Below, one piece after another: positions 52,401-64,000 of a stretch of DNA of 64,000 bases. A model generated the notes under the pieces. It searched no databases. It was not told the origin of the DNA and saw nothing but the letters and a program-made list of their open reading frames with translations. Within the stretch, counting starts at the first letter, position 1; each line of letters begins with the position of its first letter. The DNA comes from Tricharina praecox (taxonomy: Eukaryota): assembly GCF_024521635.1 (NCBI RefSeq), contig NW_026250442.1, positions 1 to 64,000 on the forward strand, read 5' to 3'. The position numbers and the translations under genes are program-made.

Positions 52401-54567
52401 TTTGCGTTCCAGTGTGTATATAGCCATCCACTCGTGCCGCCGCTCGGCACCGCCCGCGTACCTATTCGGCCTATGTCGAACCGGGCCCTTTATCGAGTAC
52501 CATCAGCCGGTGGGGGAAGCAAAAAAAGGAAGCAAAAAAAGGAAGCAAACCCCGATACGACTCGGAGTCGGCCGGCGAGTTCGCCGTTGTTACTCAGTAG
52601 GTGGGGAATACCTAGATCACCACGCCCACGGGGCCGTAGGTTCCCACCGCAAGGGCTTCTCCGGTATGCACCCCCCGATACCGGTATTCGGCCGCACGTA
52701 AGCAGCGAATCTATGTAGAAGCTGGTGAAATGGCAGGATCAATTATCTGTGTATGCACGCATATAAGCCTTAAGTGTCGGAATGATCCTCCCTCTTCCCC
52801 CACCCCAATGATATCGATACCAACTCCCGTGTGGCGGCCGGCGCTAACTACCGCCGGTACCGTGCAAACTACCGCCAGTACCGTGCAAACGACCGCTCCT
52901 GCGGGGCCATTGACTAGATAGATACTATAATACCTGCTCGCCTCCGCCGTGCAGGATGGGGAGATAGTGGAGTACTGCGGATGCAAGGGTTGGATGCCGG
53001 GTTTACATTCATATATAGAGTACAGACTACAGAGGGAGACGTGGGGTTTGAACTTTGTGTGGACGTATTTACGGGATGATCTCCCGCGCACATGCACACA
53101 CGTGATGTCACTGGCGAAACGTAGGTATTTGAGCACAGTCATGCCCTCGCAGCAGCACCCGTCGGATGTCTATGTAGTTCTGTGGTGGTTGCTTTCCGCG
53201 GGTGCTTTACCGATTCCCGTCCGGGTCGGAGGGGTGTACCGGTAGGCCGCGAAATCCGTCGAGAGTACGGTGGCTGGTGGACAGGTAGAGCTTCTCGTAC
53301 GTTTATTTATTAGGTTGTGAGTCCCGCCTTCTACTAGTAGCATGTACATAGGGAGGTATCTACCAAGATATTGAGCCAGCCAGCCATCGGGACGGGCAGT
53401 GACCGGCGACCATAGACGTCCTCCGCGGACCACGAGCGTTCCCGACGGGCGAGTACGCAGTCCCGCACGCTCTCCCAGCTACTGTTCACGGAAATCCAAA
53501 GCCAGCCGTTTTCCAGCCGTCTTCCCGTAGCGAGTCCTGGCCGGCGTCGAGGGCGATCACGCCTCCGCACTCGACCGTCCCGCTGCTACCCATCACTCGC
53601 TCGCTGCAGCCTGGTTGGCGAGGGATCTAGGTACTTCTTTGCGCCTCGCGGGTCCGGATATGTACTGCCACACCCCCCTAGGTACTCGGGCCGGATGCCT
53701 GCCAGCCATGACCCAAGGGATTAATGTAGACCCGGACCTGGACCCAGACCACGACGTCCGGTGGATGAATCGGGGTATGTAGATGTAGATGTATCAGTCG
53801 TCCTCCGTGATGTATATATAGTTGACGTAAATCTTGGTGGATAAGATACCTCTACTTCTACCTGTCTTGCAGGGCCCGCACTCGTCCGCACTCGTCCGCC
53901 CTAGGTAATCATCTGTGAGGAAGCACACGCTCTCACTCATCGTATGTCTTTAGAACCGGACATGGCGCGGTTTTTCTAAAGTACATACGGAAGGAGACGG
54001 TGAGGGGCGAGGGGTAAGCATCGCTCCAAGATACATGACCTCTTCACGGACGAGCCGTGCAGCTAGGCCATCCTACATTTTCTCGCCACCACTAATCAAG
54101 AGGCAGGGGCTGAGGCCGAGTGAGGAGCGGGCCTTTTCTTTCCTAGCTTTATTTCCTAGGTGTGCTCTACTCTACATGTATCTTCGTGAAAGGGCCAGGG
54201 CGGAGGGTATGGGAAGTCCATCGTGCCGCATGACCTCGGTCTGGCTGGGCAGTAGACATTGAAATGGTGTGCATCGGCATCATCTAGATGAGGCGCAAAC
54301 CGCGGTTTTTTTTAAAAAAGTATCCAATTACTTCCAAGCAGGTAACGATGATAGCCATCGTCTCATTTACCTTTCCATCCTCATCCACACATTCCTTCAC
54401 CCATAACAAAGGCATCAAGAGAAGAGAAGTCAAAGCAAACTGACAGCGCCCAAAACAGAGATTACAACCACAATCATAAAAAGAATAAGCAAATGGCCCT
54501 CGGAAAGAAATGAAAATGAAAGAAAACACTCAGAATGAAGAATGGAAAATGGAAAGTAGAGTAAGCA

Positions 54568-57500
54568 CTAAACTGCAGCGTCATGGGTATCAGGGGTTAC
54601 CGGGCCCGCCTCGATCTTGTCACCAGCAGCCCCGATCCTGTCACTAGCAGCCGCAGTCTCGTCACCGGCAGCCCCGGTCTTCTCGGTCTTGTCAACAGCA
54701 GCCTCGGTCTTATCACCAGTGGCGTCGGTCTTGTCAACAGCAGCCTCGGTCTTATCACCAGTGGCGTCGGTCTTGTCGCCGGCAGCGTCGTTCTCGTCAC
54801 CGGCAGCCTCGAACTTCTCGAACTTCTCACTAGCAGTCTCGAACTTCTCACTAGCAGCCTCGGTCTCCTCACTAGCAGCCTCATCAACCCGGATGCTAAC
54901 GGATTCTTCTACTGACAGCTGGTCAGAGTCTAGCTCTTTCGGCAGGGCTTCGTCGTCATCAATTTCCTCTATGGGGACTTCGACGTCCTCTCCGGAGATT
55001 TCGCCTTCTCCGTCGAACTGCTCTGGGGCGTCGTCGTATTCCTCTCCCTGCTCCAGGTCCTCGTCCTCGTCCTCGCTATCACCGCTCACTTCGATGATAT
55101 CACCAGCCTCCGCTTCATCTTCGTCGTCGTCTAGATCCTGAATCTCAACATCGTCGTCATTAACAGGCGATACATCACAGTGGTCTGGCCCCGAGTAATC
55201 CTGTGCGACGGAAGTGCGTCCACGAGTGACATCTACCAGCAGCTCGGGGAAGAGCCAAGGAAACGAGACGAGCGGCAACGTTTCAAGTTCCTTCTTCGAG
55301 AGTGTAGCAACCGACAGGCGAGTGGACTTTGCGCGGGGAGTGGCACGATTGCGATCCTGCTCGATCTTCTCGAGTGTCTCTGCGAGCTCGCGCTGGGTAA
55401 CGACGTACATTGCGACGACCTTCCTCAGCAGCTGCGTAGTGCGGTTGGTACAGCTGTGGATGATCTGTTTACGGAAGCGGTCCTTGAGCGAGAATGAGAT
55501 CTCGCCGATTTCCTCGTGGAACTTGTAGTCGTTGCCGTTGCTGTGTAACATGACGAAGGTGCTCCATACTTCGAACTCGGTTTGGATCTCATGCTGCGCC
55601 ATGATTCTGCGCATCGCTCGGTCATATTCGTTTTTGAAGTGCTTGGCTTCGTCGAGTTCGGCATCGGTCAGGTTGAACGCCGTCATGAGATACTCGTTCG
55701 GCGGTAGATCGTAGCAAGGCTTGAACTCGACGCGCTCGACCATGTCGTAGAGCTGGCCGAGGATCTTGGTGCTGTGATAGGAGCTTTCCTCGACGGGCTT
55801 CTCAAAGAAGTGAGGCCACTGTCGGATTCGGAACTTACTGCCCATCACCGCCTTGATACCCGTCTTGGGGTAGTCTACAGCATCGGAATGGAGAGTCGCA
55901 AGGTCAAGGCCTGGAAGCACCAAAGTTAGTCGGCAGATACGCAACATGAAAGGACGGAAACAAACGTACAGATTGTACTCTTCACTCCCTGGTCCGACTT
56001 GTCCGCCCACGCAAGATGCGCATTGGCGATCGCTCCCAATCGGTCATTCTTCATGTAATTGACGAAGAAACCGGTGATGTCTTGGATAGTGACGTCGCGA
56101 TCTAGTGGGGACGGGACATGTGGCTTGTACGAGGCTGGCGGTTCATTGATCAAGATGCCGGGAGCGGTGAGATCCTTATCCCAGATCACCACGTAATCAT
56201 CGCCATCAAGATCGCCACCGGACAACATGCTGGGGATGTCACGATCCCCAGTCTGCGGGAAAACAACGACATCTATGAGGTGGTGTAGCTCCGGAACATC
56301 GACTGCCTCGACGAGCCGTACATCTCCGGGATGCAAGCTTGGGTTGCGAGCGACGATGACCGGGCCGGTGATGATCCTGGGACGGCAAGTCGCGAGGTCG
56401 GTGACCTGACAAAAGACCTCCGGGAGGACATCTTCGGTATCGTGGTAGTACCCCTTCAGGATCCCCGTTTCGTCGACTACACCCAGCAGGAAGGCGCCGT
56501 CGTCGATGGTAATCTTTGCCTTTTCCTTGAGGTACTTGATCGTCCAGGCGCGCCAGAGGCACATCAGCGAGATTACGAATGGCTCCATCGATGTCATGAG
56601 CCCACCACGGACCATATTGGCGATTTCCAAAGTCATATGATTCGGATCGATGTGTTTGGTGAGGAGTTCTAAAGCCTTCGCCGGATTGCTTATGGCAGTT
56701 GAATAGTCGCTGAGTATCTGCATCAACCTCTCCCGGAAGAATTCGTCGGGGACACCTAATGTCGACATGACTTGGATCAACTGCCGGTTCAGCGACGCCG
56801 AGGCAAACTGAGAACAGCGGATAATCTCGAGGTCCTTGTGGGGCGACCAAAATTTCATCTGACTCTCACGCAGCTGGATCTCGCAGTTCGTGAGTTCGGG
56901 GTTCACCACAAGCACACCCTTGTGACCTCCTAGACGGAACTGGAAGCAAGAAGACCGGTAGTTTAGTGGAGTCGTGCGTCGGGAGCCGATCAACTGTGCC
57001 GTTATTAGGACGGCTAGAATCGGGGACATCTTGCCGACACCATCCGAGAAGCAGTAGCCATGCCGCTCGATATCCGGTATCTTGGAGGGCTCCACTTTGA
57101 ATTGCTTGAACGCTTTCGTGGTCGAGAAACATTGACCGAGGCGTGAAGCGTTTTTCGCAATGATTCGGATATTGGAGAAATGACCCATCCAGTCACGGAT
57201 ATCGGAAGCCTTTAAAAGTATTAGTAACGCACAGTATCAAAAACCCAAGAAATACCTTACAGTGAGATCATCAGCACGGGCGAAAAAGTACGCTCCATGC
57301 TCCCGCAACTGCGAATTACCAAACGCAAGGAACTCATATCGCCTATCGCCGAGGACGATACCGTTGTTTAGGGTTCTGAAAACACGGCTGAACAGCTCAT
57401 TGGAAACGACCTTGTCGGTGAACCTGATTCTGCCGGACGACTTTTCATCTGTGAAGGACACACGAATGAATCGATCCGCATACTTCTCATAGTACCGAAC

Positions 57501-59885
57501 GACCCTGTTTGAGATCTCGACGGACGGACTGTGGAACTGGATCCCCGTAGGAGAGACTGTCGCTCGCCGCATGTACACACAAAACTCTGGAATCGCCTTC
57601 ATCAAGTCCGCCTTTTTGCTACGGGGGATGCTGAACACCTCCATCGGATTAAAGAAACGGATTTTCCTTTCTTGAACCAATTCGAGTAGAGATATGGCGT
57701 CATGCTGGGACATATTCTCCAACCTGTCGATGAACGGAGGTGCGAGGTTATACTCGTTGAGGAGTCCATGAGAAATGCACACTTCCAGCTGATATCGTAC
57801 TGGGAACTCAAGATGACTCTTCAGTAGCTCACTGTTGCTAGTGGTGGCAGGAGGATCGAGGTAACTCCAGATGGGGTTGAGTGTAGATTTGTCCTTATTA
57901 ACACGGAATGTCTCCAGCGGCTTTTTGCGCACATTGAAGTCTTGCAAGGCCTCCATCATGAGCTTGAAGGTGGTGAGCAATTTTTCATCCTGCAAGTCAA
58001 ACGACAATCGGTACGTTGTCCACCGGCCTATCACAGAAGCTTAGCATGCGTGACGAGTAGCTGTGGAAGTGGAACCAAAGGGAAAATATACCAATATCAA
58101 TTATGGGGTTTTTATGTCGTAAGCTTACCGGGCGCTCCTGTCTGGCCCTCATGTCGTACTCGATATCTGTCTGACGCATCCATGCATCGTATATGCTCCA
58201 GCGAGTAAGGCTGGCTTCATTCATACTCTTGGTGAGGTCTTGAAGTAACCTTGAGATCTTTGGGGGATCCGGCAATGGAATTATGAAGGTCCGCTTAGAG
58301 CTACTCTCATCCTCATCGACAGGAATGAAGATGTCTTGTAGTTGCGTGAATGGTATCTCGATCATGTACTTTTCGACACGATCGTAGTCTGTTTCTACCG
58401 TTATACCCTCGCTGGTTTTTGCGTCGGTCCGATCGATCTCTAGTCTGAAGGTCATTTCTATTCTCTTCTTCTGCAGGTTGACTTCCCAGCTGATATTAGC
58501 ATCCGGCTTCGTCTTGTACATAGGCATGAACTCTTCCGGCTGGAACATGAACCCAAACTCGATCGACTCCACAGGAAACATCTGGCGGACATGTGTTAGC
58601 TGCTGTCCATCCGCCAACAACAACGGAATACGGAGATGGATGTATTTACTAGCTTCATAGGGTAATATTTCGATGGATTGACACGACTCTGAACGAAAAA
58701 GCCTCCACGCGGCTTCTCAAGCCTGACCTGGACGAGTCCTGCCCCGAAATCTAACTTCATGTTTTCCCAGAAAGGCTCATAGACCTTGCGAAATCGCACT
58801 TTGGCAGTTCCTTGCTTGTTTCCGCTTATATCGACATCTAGAAAGATCGAATCGACATCTCCGAAATCCTTAACGGTGATATAGATATGCTTGATCGTTA
58901 CATGCTTCGCTAAATTCGGGCCGATACGAACGTCCACCTCCGGGTATTTCTTCCACTTATCATTCTTCACTAACGGCAGGTGAGTTGGCCGGTACACAAC
59001 GGGCGTCCTCGGACCCGTGTCGCCTGGGCTGTTACCCCCTGTTTCTAGCGGTAAAGACATTGGCCATGGAGACGTTGGCGGTGGGAAAGCCGGCAGCGGA
59101 GGGGCTGTGTTCTGTGAGGAATCGGCGATGGGCAGAGATGGACCAGGAGAAGGACGTAAGCCCGGACCAGTTGGGAGGGCGAAGGAAGGACCAGCCACGA
59201 AAGAGAGATCCGGGCCAGCATGGGTGCCAATTCCAACGTAAGGGGTTCGGGAAGGTGGGAGATTTCCATTTGAAGGGAGATCTATTGAAGCAGCCCCAAC
59301 CGGCAAGGCGTTCGCTTGGCGGGTATTGTCTGGAGATCGCAAATGTGGAGGTGTAGGTACTGGTCGCGAAGGGCCAGAAGGAATCTCTTGCACCTGTGCT
59401 GTGACCGGAGATCGCAGATTTGGAGGTGCAGGTACTGGTCGCGAAGGACCATAAGGAATCTCTTGCGCCTGTGCTGTGACCGGAGATCGCATATTTGAAG
59501 GTGCAGGTACTGGTCGCGAAGGGCCATAAGGAATCTCTTGCACCTGTGCTGTCACCGGACGGGAAGCGGAGCTAATAGATGGTTCGGGCGCCCGTTGTTT
59601 GCCACGTAAAGGAGTCTTGCGAGGAGGAGGAGGAGGAGGAGCGGCGGCAAGGTTCTTTAGGATTGGGACCTGATGAGCGAACTGTTGACTCTGACCTTGA
59701 CGTCGAGCCTGCTGCTGCTGCTGCTGCTTCTGCGGGGTGAGACCTTCTTTCTTGACATCTGTCTCCTTTGCTTTCTGAGCAGGAGCCGGAGCAGCGCGCG
59801 GAGCCGGAGCATTCACATTGTTTCCAGCGCTAGCACGAGGTTCCAGCGCGGGCCAATCTTCCGAATACCCGGCCGAGTCCGGCAT
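54568..59885 (-). CDS. Cellular RNA-dependent RNA polymerase (RNAi; probably the SAD-1/Rdp1-type clade)
   Basis: FSDGVGKMS, FQFRLGGHKGVL, ARNPSLHPGDVR, catalytic SGGDLDGDDY, LHSDAVDYPKTG, N-terminal DIGRWTTY. Introns 58649-58582, 58091-58028, 57260-57210, 55969-55911, plus a probable 5'UTR intron at ~60002-59953. Confidence 0.96.
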
Positions 59886-60074
59886 TCCTGCGTGGGCTGC
59901 TATCTACGAGTCTTGGTTGTCGGCACAAGTGATATTTCGGCTCGAAATTGTCTGTACGACTGTTAGCTCCTCTTATACAGAACGTCAGGGTTGTTTTCAT
60001 ACCTAATATAGTCGTCTGTCACTGGAAGGCTGCGGATTTAACCTGAGACGGAAAGGTGGATGATTGAGAACAAA

Positions 60075-60320
60075 GAGGAGGGATGTGATGATGGCAGGCT
60101 AGGGTGTGGCTGAGACAACGAGTAGGAGGATGTGATGATGGCAGGATAGGGTGTGGCTGAGACAACGAGTAGGAGGATGTGATGATGGCAGGCTAGGGTG
60201 TGGCTGATAGAACGAGTAGGAGGGATGTGATGATGATGGCAGTGGTTGTGGCGGTGAAAATGAGTAGGAGGGAACGAGTAGGAGGGCTGTGATGATGGAA
60301 GGCTAGGTTGTAGCGGTGAA
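60075..60320. repeat. 47-bp tandem repeat upstream of the RdRP gene
   Basis: Unit GATGTGATGATGGCAGGCTAGGGTGTGGCTGAGACAACGAGTAGGAG starts at 60082, 60129 and 60176, followed by two degenerate copies. Confidence 0.9.
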
Positions 60321-61929
60321 TGAATATGGAGTGAGGAAAGAAACGCCGAGAATTGATAGAGGGGTGCGGAATGAAATGGTGAGAATTGATAGGGGGAAGG
60401 TGAAATGGTCGATGGACTGAGTGGTATCCCAGGTTGGTTGGTTGGCTAGTTTGGTGCTGCCGTCCAAAGGAACCTCATGGAAATATCTCCCCGCGTTGTA
60501 GATGCTGCTTTGTTGCCGTGTAACACCAAGGGGTCCAGCTCAAAAGAACCTTTTTCCCTAAGGAAAGCGATCGCGCGTCGGGCTTGTACTAATTTTGCGC
60601 GTCTACGGCCGCAGGGCTGACGTCGATCACGAAAACCGCTTAATCTGGATATCTAGCGGGGCGGTGACCGACGCGGGGTTGACGACGCGGGGTTGAGGTC
60701 TGGCGGACTTCGCAGTGTCAAAGTCGAAGTCGACGTCTAAGCTGGGTTCTTCTGTCTCGTCTTTGTTCTCTGCCGATGGATTATAGAGCTGGATCCGAGT
60801 TTGCTCCACCCACGCGCAAGGTGATGCAAAGCTGTGCGGTGATCTGGTGATGAACGTCCGCAGCTGACCAAGGAAATCAGCGACGAATGATCATGACTGG
60901 GTGATAGCCATGTAGCCGTCCTGCATCGGGCCTGCCGGACTCGAACTCTAGAGTAGGTGTTGGAAGTTTGAGCTGCTGCCTGGGGAGCACACTTGGACAC
61001 TACATATGACGCGTGTAGGTAAAGCCGGCAAGCACTCAAGCACATCAGGTATCTACATCTGTATAGTCAAGGGGGGGTAAAAAAATGGTAGTGCGCCCAT
61101 ATCTTTAAGAAAATGCTAGTGGTATCGTATTAGTACGGTCAAAATACGTGTTTTTTATGCCCTGATACGATATCAATATTCGTCCAGCGGGAAACAACGG
61201 TTGATATAAGTACATGTATCCAAGTTCCTCGAAGAAGTTTTTTTGTTTGCTTGTTTCACCGCATTGCATTCGACCATTTCCGACCATGGCCGGTTCAGTC
61301 GTCTATACATACTATCCTATCTCCTCCGGATCCTACATAGTCCCCCCCTTCCCGCTGCGCGGCACTTGCTGGTGGTGTGAACGAGCCGGCGTCGAGCAGT
61401 CTCACGGACATCTCCACGGATTTCCTGGAATTGAGGACGGAAGTAGGCACTGTCGGGATCAGGAGGAAGATACGAAGTGGAAAGTCCAGGTTTGGAATCC
61501 GAGCTGTTTGCGGAAGGAAAGTGTACCGTAGGCAAGCAAGCTATATTTGACTTTCTCACGAGCACGCTGGATTAGTTTGCCTGCGGAATCCCGACCGGCT
61601 CACGAATATCGTTGAGCAAATTGCTCCCGCCAGGCCATCTCGAACCAAAAATTCTTCACATGAGGCCCCTTACGGTTTGGCCCATTCGAGACCAGATTGA
61701 AGAGAACAGTAATGGTATTCCCCGCCGCCAAAACAAACCCATTAAAGATACAGATGCAGACCGAAATCGAGTACATACCAAAAAAAAAACCAAGGAAAAA
61801 GCAGATGAGGTAACAAACAGCAGGCCCACGAAAGACACTCCAAACACTCCTGAGCAGAAATATACCCTCGGCCAGCCAAACCGGAAAGGAAGAGGAAAAG
61901 GAAACTGAAATGAAGAAATGAAAGAGAAA

Positions 61930-64000
61930 TTAATCTTCTTCATCAATTTCTTGGGAATCCTCGCCTACGGTTCCTTCGCCACTCGATCCCTCATCGTCAC
62001 TATGCTCATGGGCCTCCTGTTCATAGTCACGATCCTCCTGTTGAGTTCTGTCGAGATCGAATTCATGGCGGTCCTTCTGGCTGATCGTGACATGTTCGAA
62101 GTTCCCCGGCAGCGGCAGTCCGTTGCGTAAAAACTGGAGCTTCATATTTCTCGCTTTATCTTTGAGATTGACGTTTGTTCTACCATACAGCAGGGGTTCC
62201 TCCTTCTAAACACCCCGGATTAATTAACCCTGTCTCCATCGGTGGTGGATAAGTGGATGGAATGACATACCGCTGCAATGAGTTGCCAATTCGTGCCATA
62301 TTTCCCAATCATCCTGACAAGCATGTTGGCCTGCTCCTCCGTCCAAGGGTTCCTCCCTTTTCGTACCCCCCTCCTCTTGTTGGCTGTCCTGTTCAATTTT
62401 TCGATTTTGTTGACCATTGAGACAAGACCATCATCCTCCGACTGTGGTGAGAGTGAACGCCGCGGGTGGGCTCCGACGTGCGCAGGAACCAACTCGTTTC
62501 GGTGCATATCGCTTCCGCGAGCCGTAGAAGAAGCATTCGATGCCCGAATCGGCCTATTTTGAAGTCCATTGCTTCTGCGAACTCTTGAGGGACCGGCTGG
62601 CATCTGCCCTACCGAAACCCCGGAAGTGCGTGCTGCTGAACCAGCAGAGGCTCGGCTACGGGCCGAAACATTGGAATGACGAGTGAGAGAAGCGCCCGCA
62701 GACCGAGCAACAGGGATCGGATGTTGCTGTACCCAGGGATCTGCCTCCGCGATAACTTGACGTGAGCGTTTTTTGAGGACCCGATTCTCTTTGCGGTTAT
62801 CGGCCTCAAACACTTCGTTGTCATCTTCGTCCTCGTCTAGAGTGCGGCGCCTCTTCTTGCCCTGGCCCTTTTCTGCCGCCCCTGAACTCCTGCGCGATTC
62901 TGGATCCTGGGTTTCTTCAAGCTGCGTGTCAAATTCTATACGTATTGCGCCGGGCTGGGGATCAATAAAGCGACGCCTGGACGGGCCAGCAACGGATTCC
63001 GCGGCTTGGTTCTCTTTGTTGTTCTCTCTTGCGTGTTCAAAGTACAAGTTGAGAAGCTCCGCACCAGAGGGTGATGGAGATGAAGTATCGTTTCTGTCTT
63101 GTTGGTGTTCGGGTCTGTGTGTCTTGTCAACCTGGAGATGTACAGCATGGTCTTCCTCCCCTGCCATCTCCTCCTCTTCCTCCTCTTCTTCATCCGGGCT
63201 GAGCTCTTCCAGCTCCTCTTCCTCCTGCTCCAGTGCTTTGATCTCCCCAAGTCTGAAGGAAACCCTCGGAATCTGTTGTTTTCTGCCAGACGAATTAGAA
63301 TGAACAAGAAGTAACTACCATATAGACAACAAACCCTTGTTCCCGTCGCGTGGCTTTTTCCTCCGGAGCCGGAAGGGGTTGAATCTTTTTATCTTTGGCT
63401 TCCGGTAAAACTGGCGAATCTAGCTGTTCGGCATCTTGCGAGAAAGACCCAGCCACTGCATCCACGGCGGCCGCAATCCTAGCTTGTCGATTAGGGTCTT
63501 GGAGTAGGTGTCGGGAGTATGCTGCCATCTTGCTTGCAAAGTTATCCCAAGGATACTTCTCACGAAGTGCTCTCAATCCTCTCTCTGCGTCATCATGCCC
63601 CAGCAACCCGTACAGTTCCAGCTCCCTTTTTTCAGTCTCCTCCCGCCAGTGAGGGTACTTCATGTCACCACCAAATGGGAGCAGAGGTCTCGGGTCCTCC
63701 TCCTGGGCGTAAAATATTTGGTGGAGGAGATGCACAGGACTGACGTGTTCCTCGTCCTTATTTTTCCGAAGGGCCGCGATCAAAGTCTGGGTGCGAAGAT
63801 CCAGAACAAGGCCAAAGTTATCAGCTGTGATACTTTCACCGACCATTCCCGGGAACTGCTGGCCGAGCGCCCTCAAGTTCTCAAACATCTGATCCTTCTC
63901 GTGCGTAGCGGTGAAGATGAAAGTCGTGAGGACGGCAAGGTTTGCCTCATGTATTACCGGATCGTAGGCCTGAGATTTGAGAGCTCTGTGTATCACTTCG
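61930..64000 (-). CDS. Telobox Myb protein with a TRFH-like N-terminal region (TRF/Tbf1 family); 5' end lies outside the window
   Basis: RNPWTEEQANMLVRMIGKYGTNWQLI..RTNVNLKDKARNMK (telobox); EANLAVL and LDLRTQTLIAAL in the N-terminal part. Introns 63334-63283 and 62270-62206. Confidence 0.8.

Noticed and set aside
49500..54500. Genes or known RNAs (tRNA, 5S, telomerase RNA) in the long intergenic region
   Set aside because: Only short ORFs without motifs; no tRNA arms, 5S signature or TAACCCTAA template seen by eye.

Overview
Eukaryotic, intron-containing DNA from a filamentous ascomycete; a Pezizomycetes/Pezizales origin is my inference from gene style. It carries about 20 protein genes: a frameshifted Fcr3/Yap-type bZIP, an acetyl-CoA transporter, a CPA2 cation/H+ antiporter, a pseudouridine glycosidase-kinase fusion, OST1, an IRS4-like EH protein, DNA ligase IV, a DMA1 FHA-RING ligase, phosducin-like PLP2, mitochondrial GluRS, GEP4, G-protein beta, an ADAL/MAPDA deaminase, a methyltransferase-like protein, a cellular RNA-dependent RNA polymerase and a partial TRF/Tbf1-type Myb protein. 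Non-coding elements include a U5 snRNA gene, a TA-flanked TIR MITE and several mini/microsatellites. The most striking item is an intronless orphan ORF (16223-17113) whose N-terminal half aligns by eye with Atg8/LC3. It is fused, through a glycine cluster at the Atg4 cleavage position, to a long basic Gln/Arg/Ala/Val repeat tail, and sits in a small island between OST1 and IRS4. All identifications come from motif recognition and manual splicing; no searches were run.
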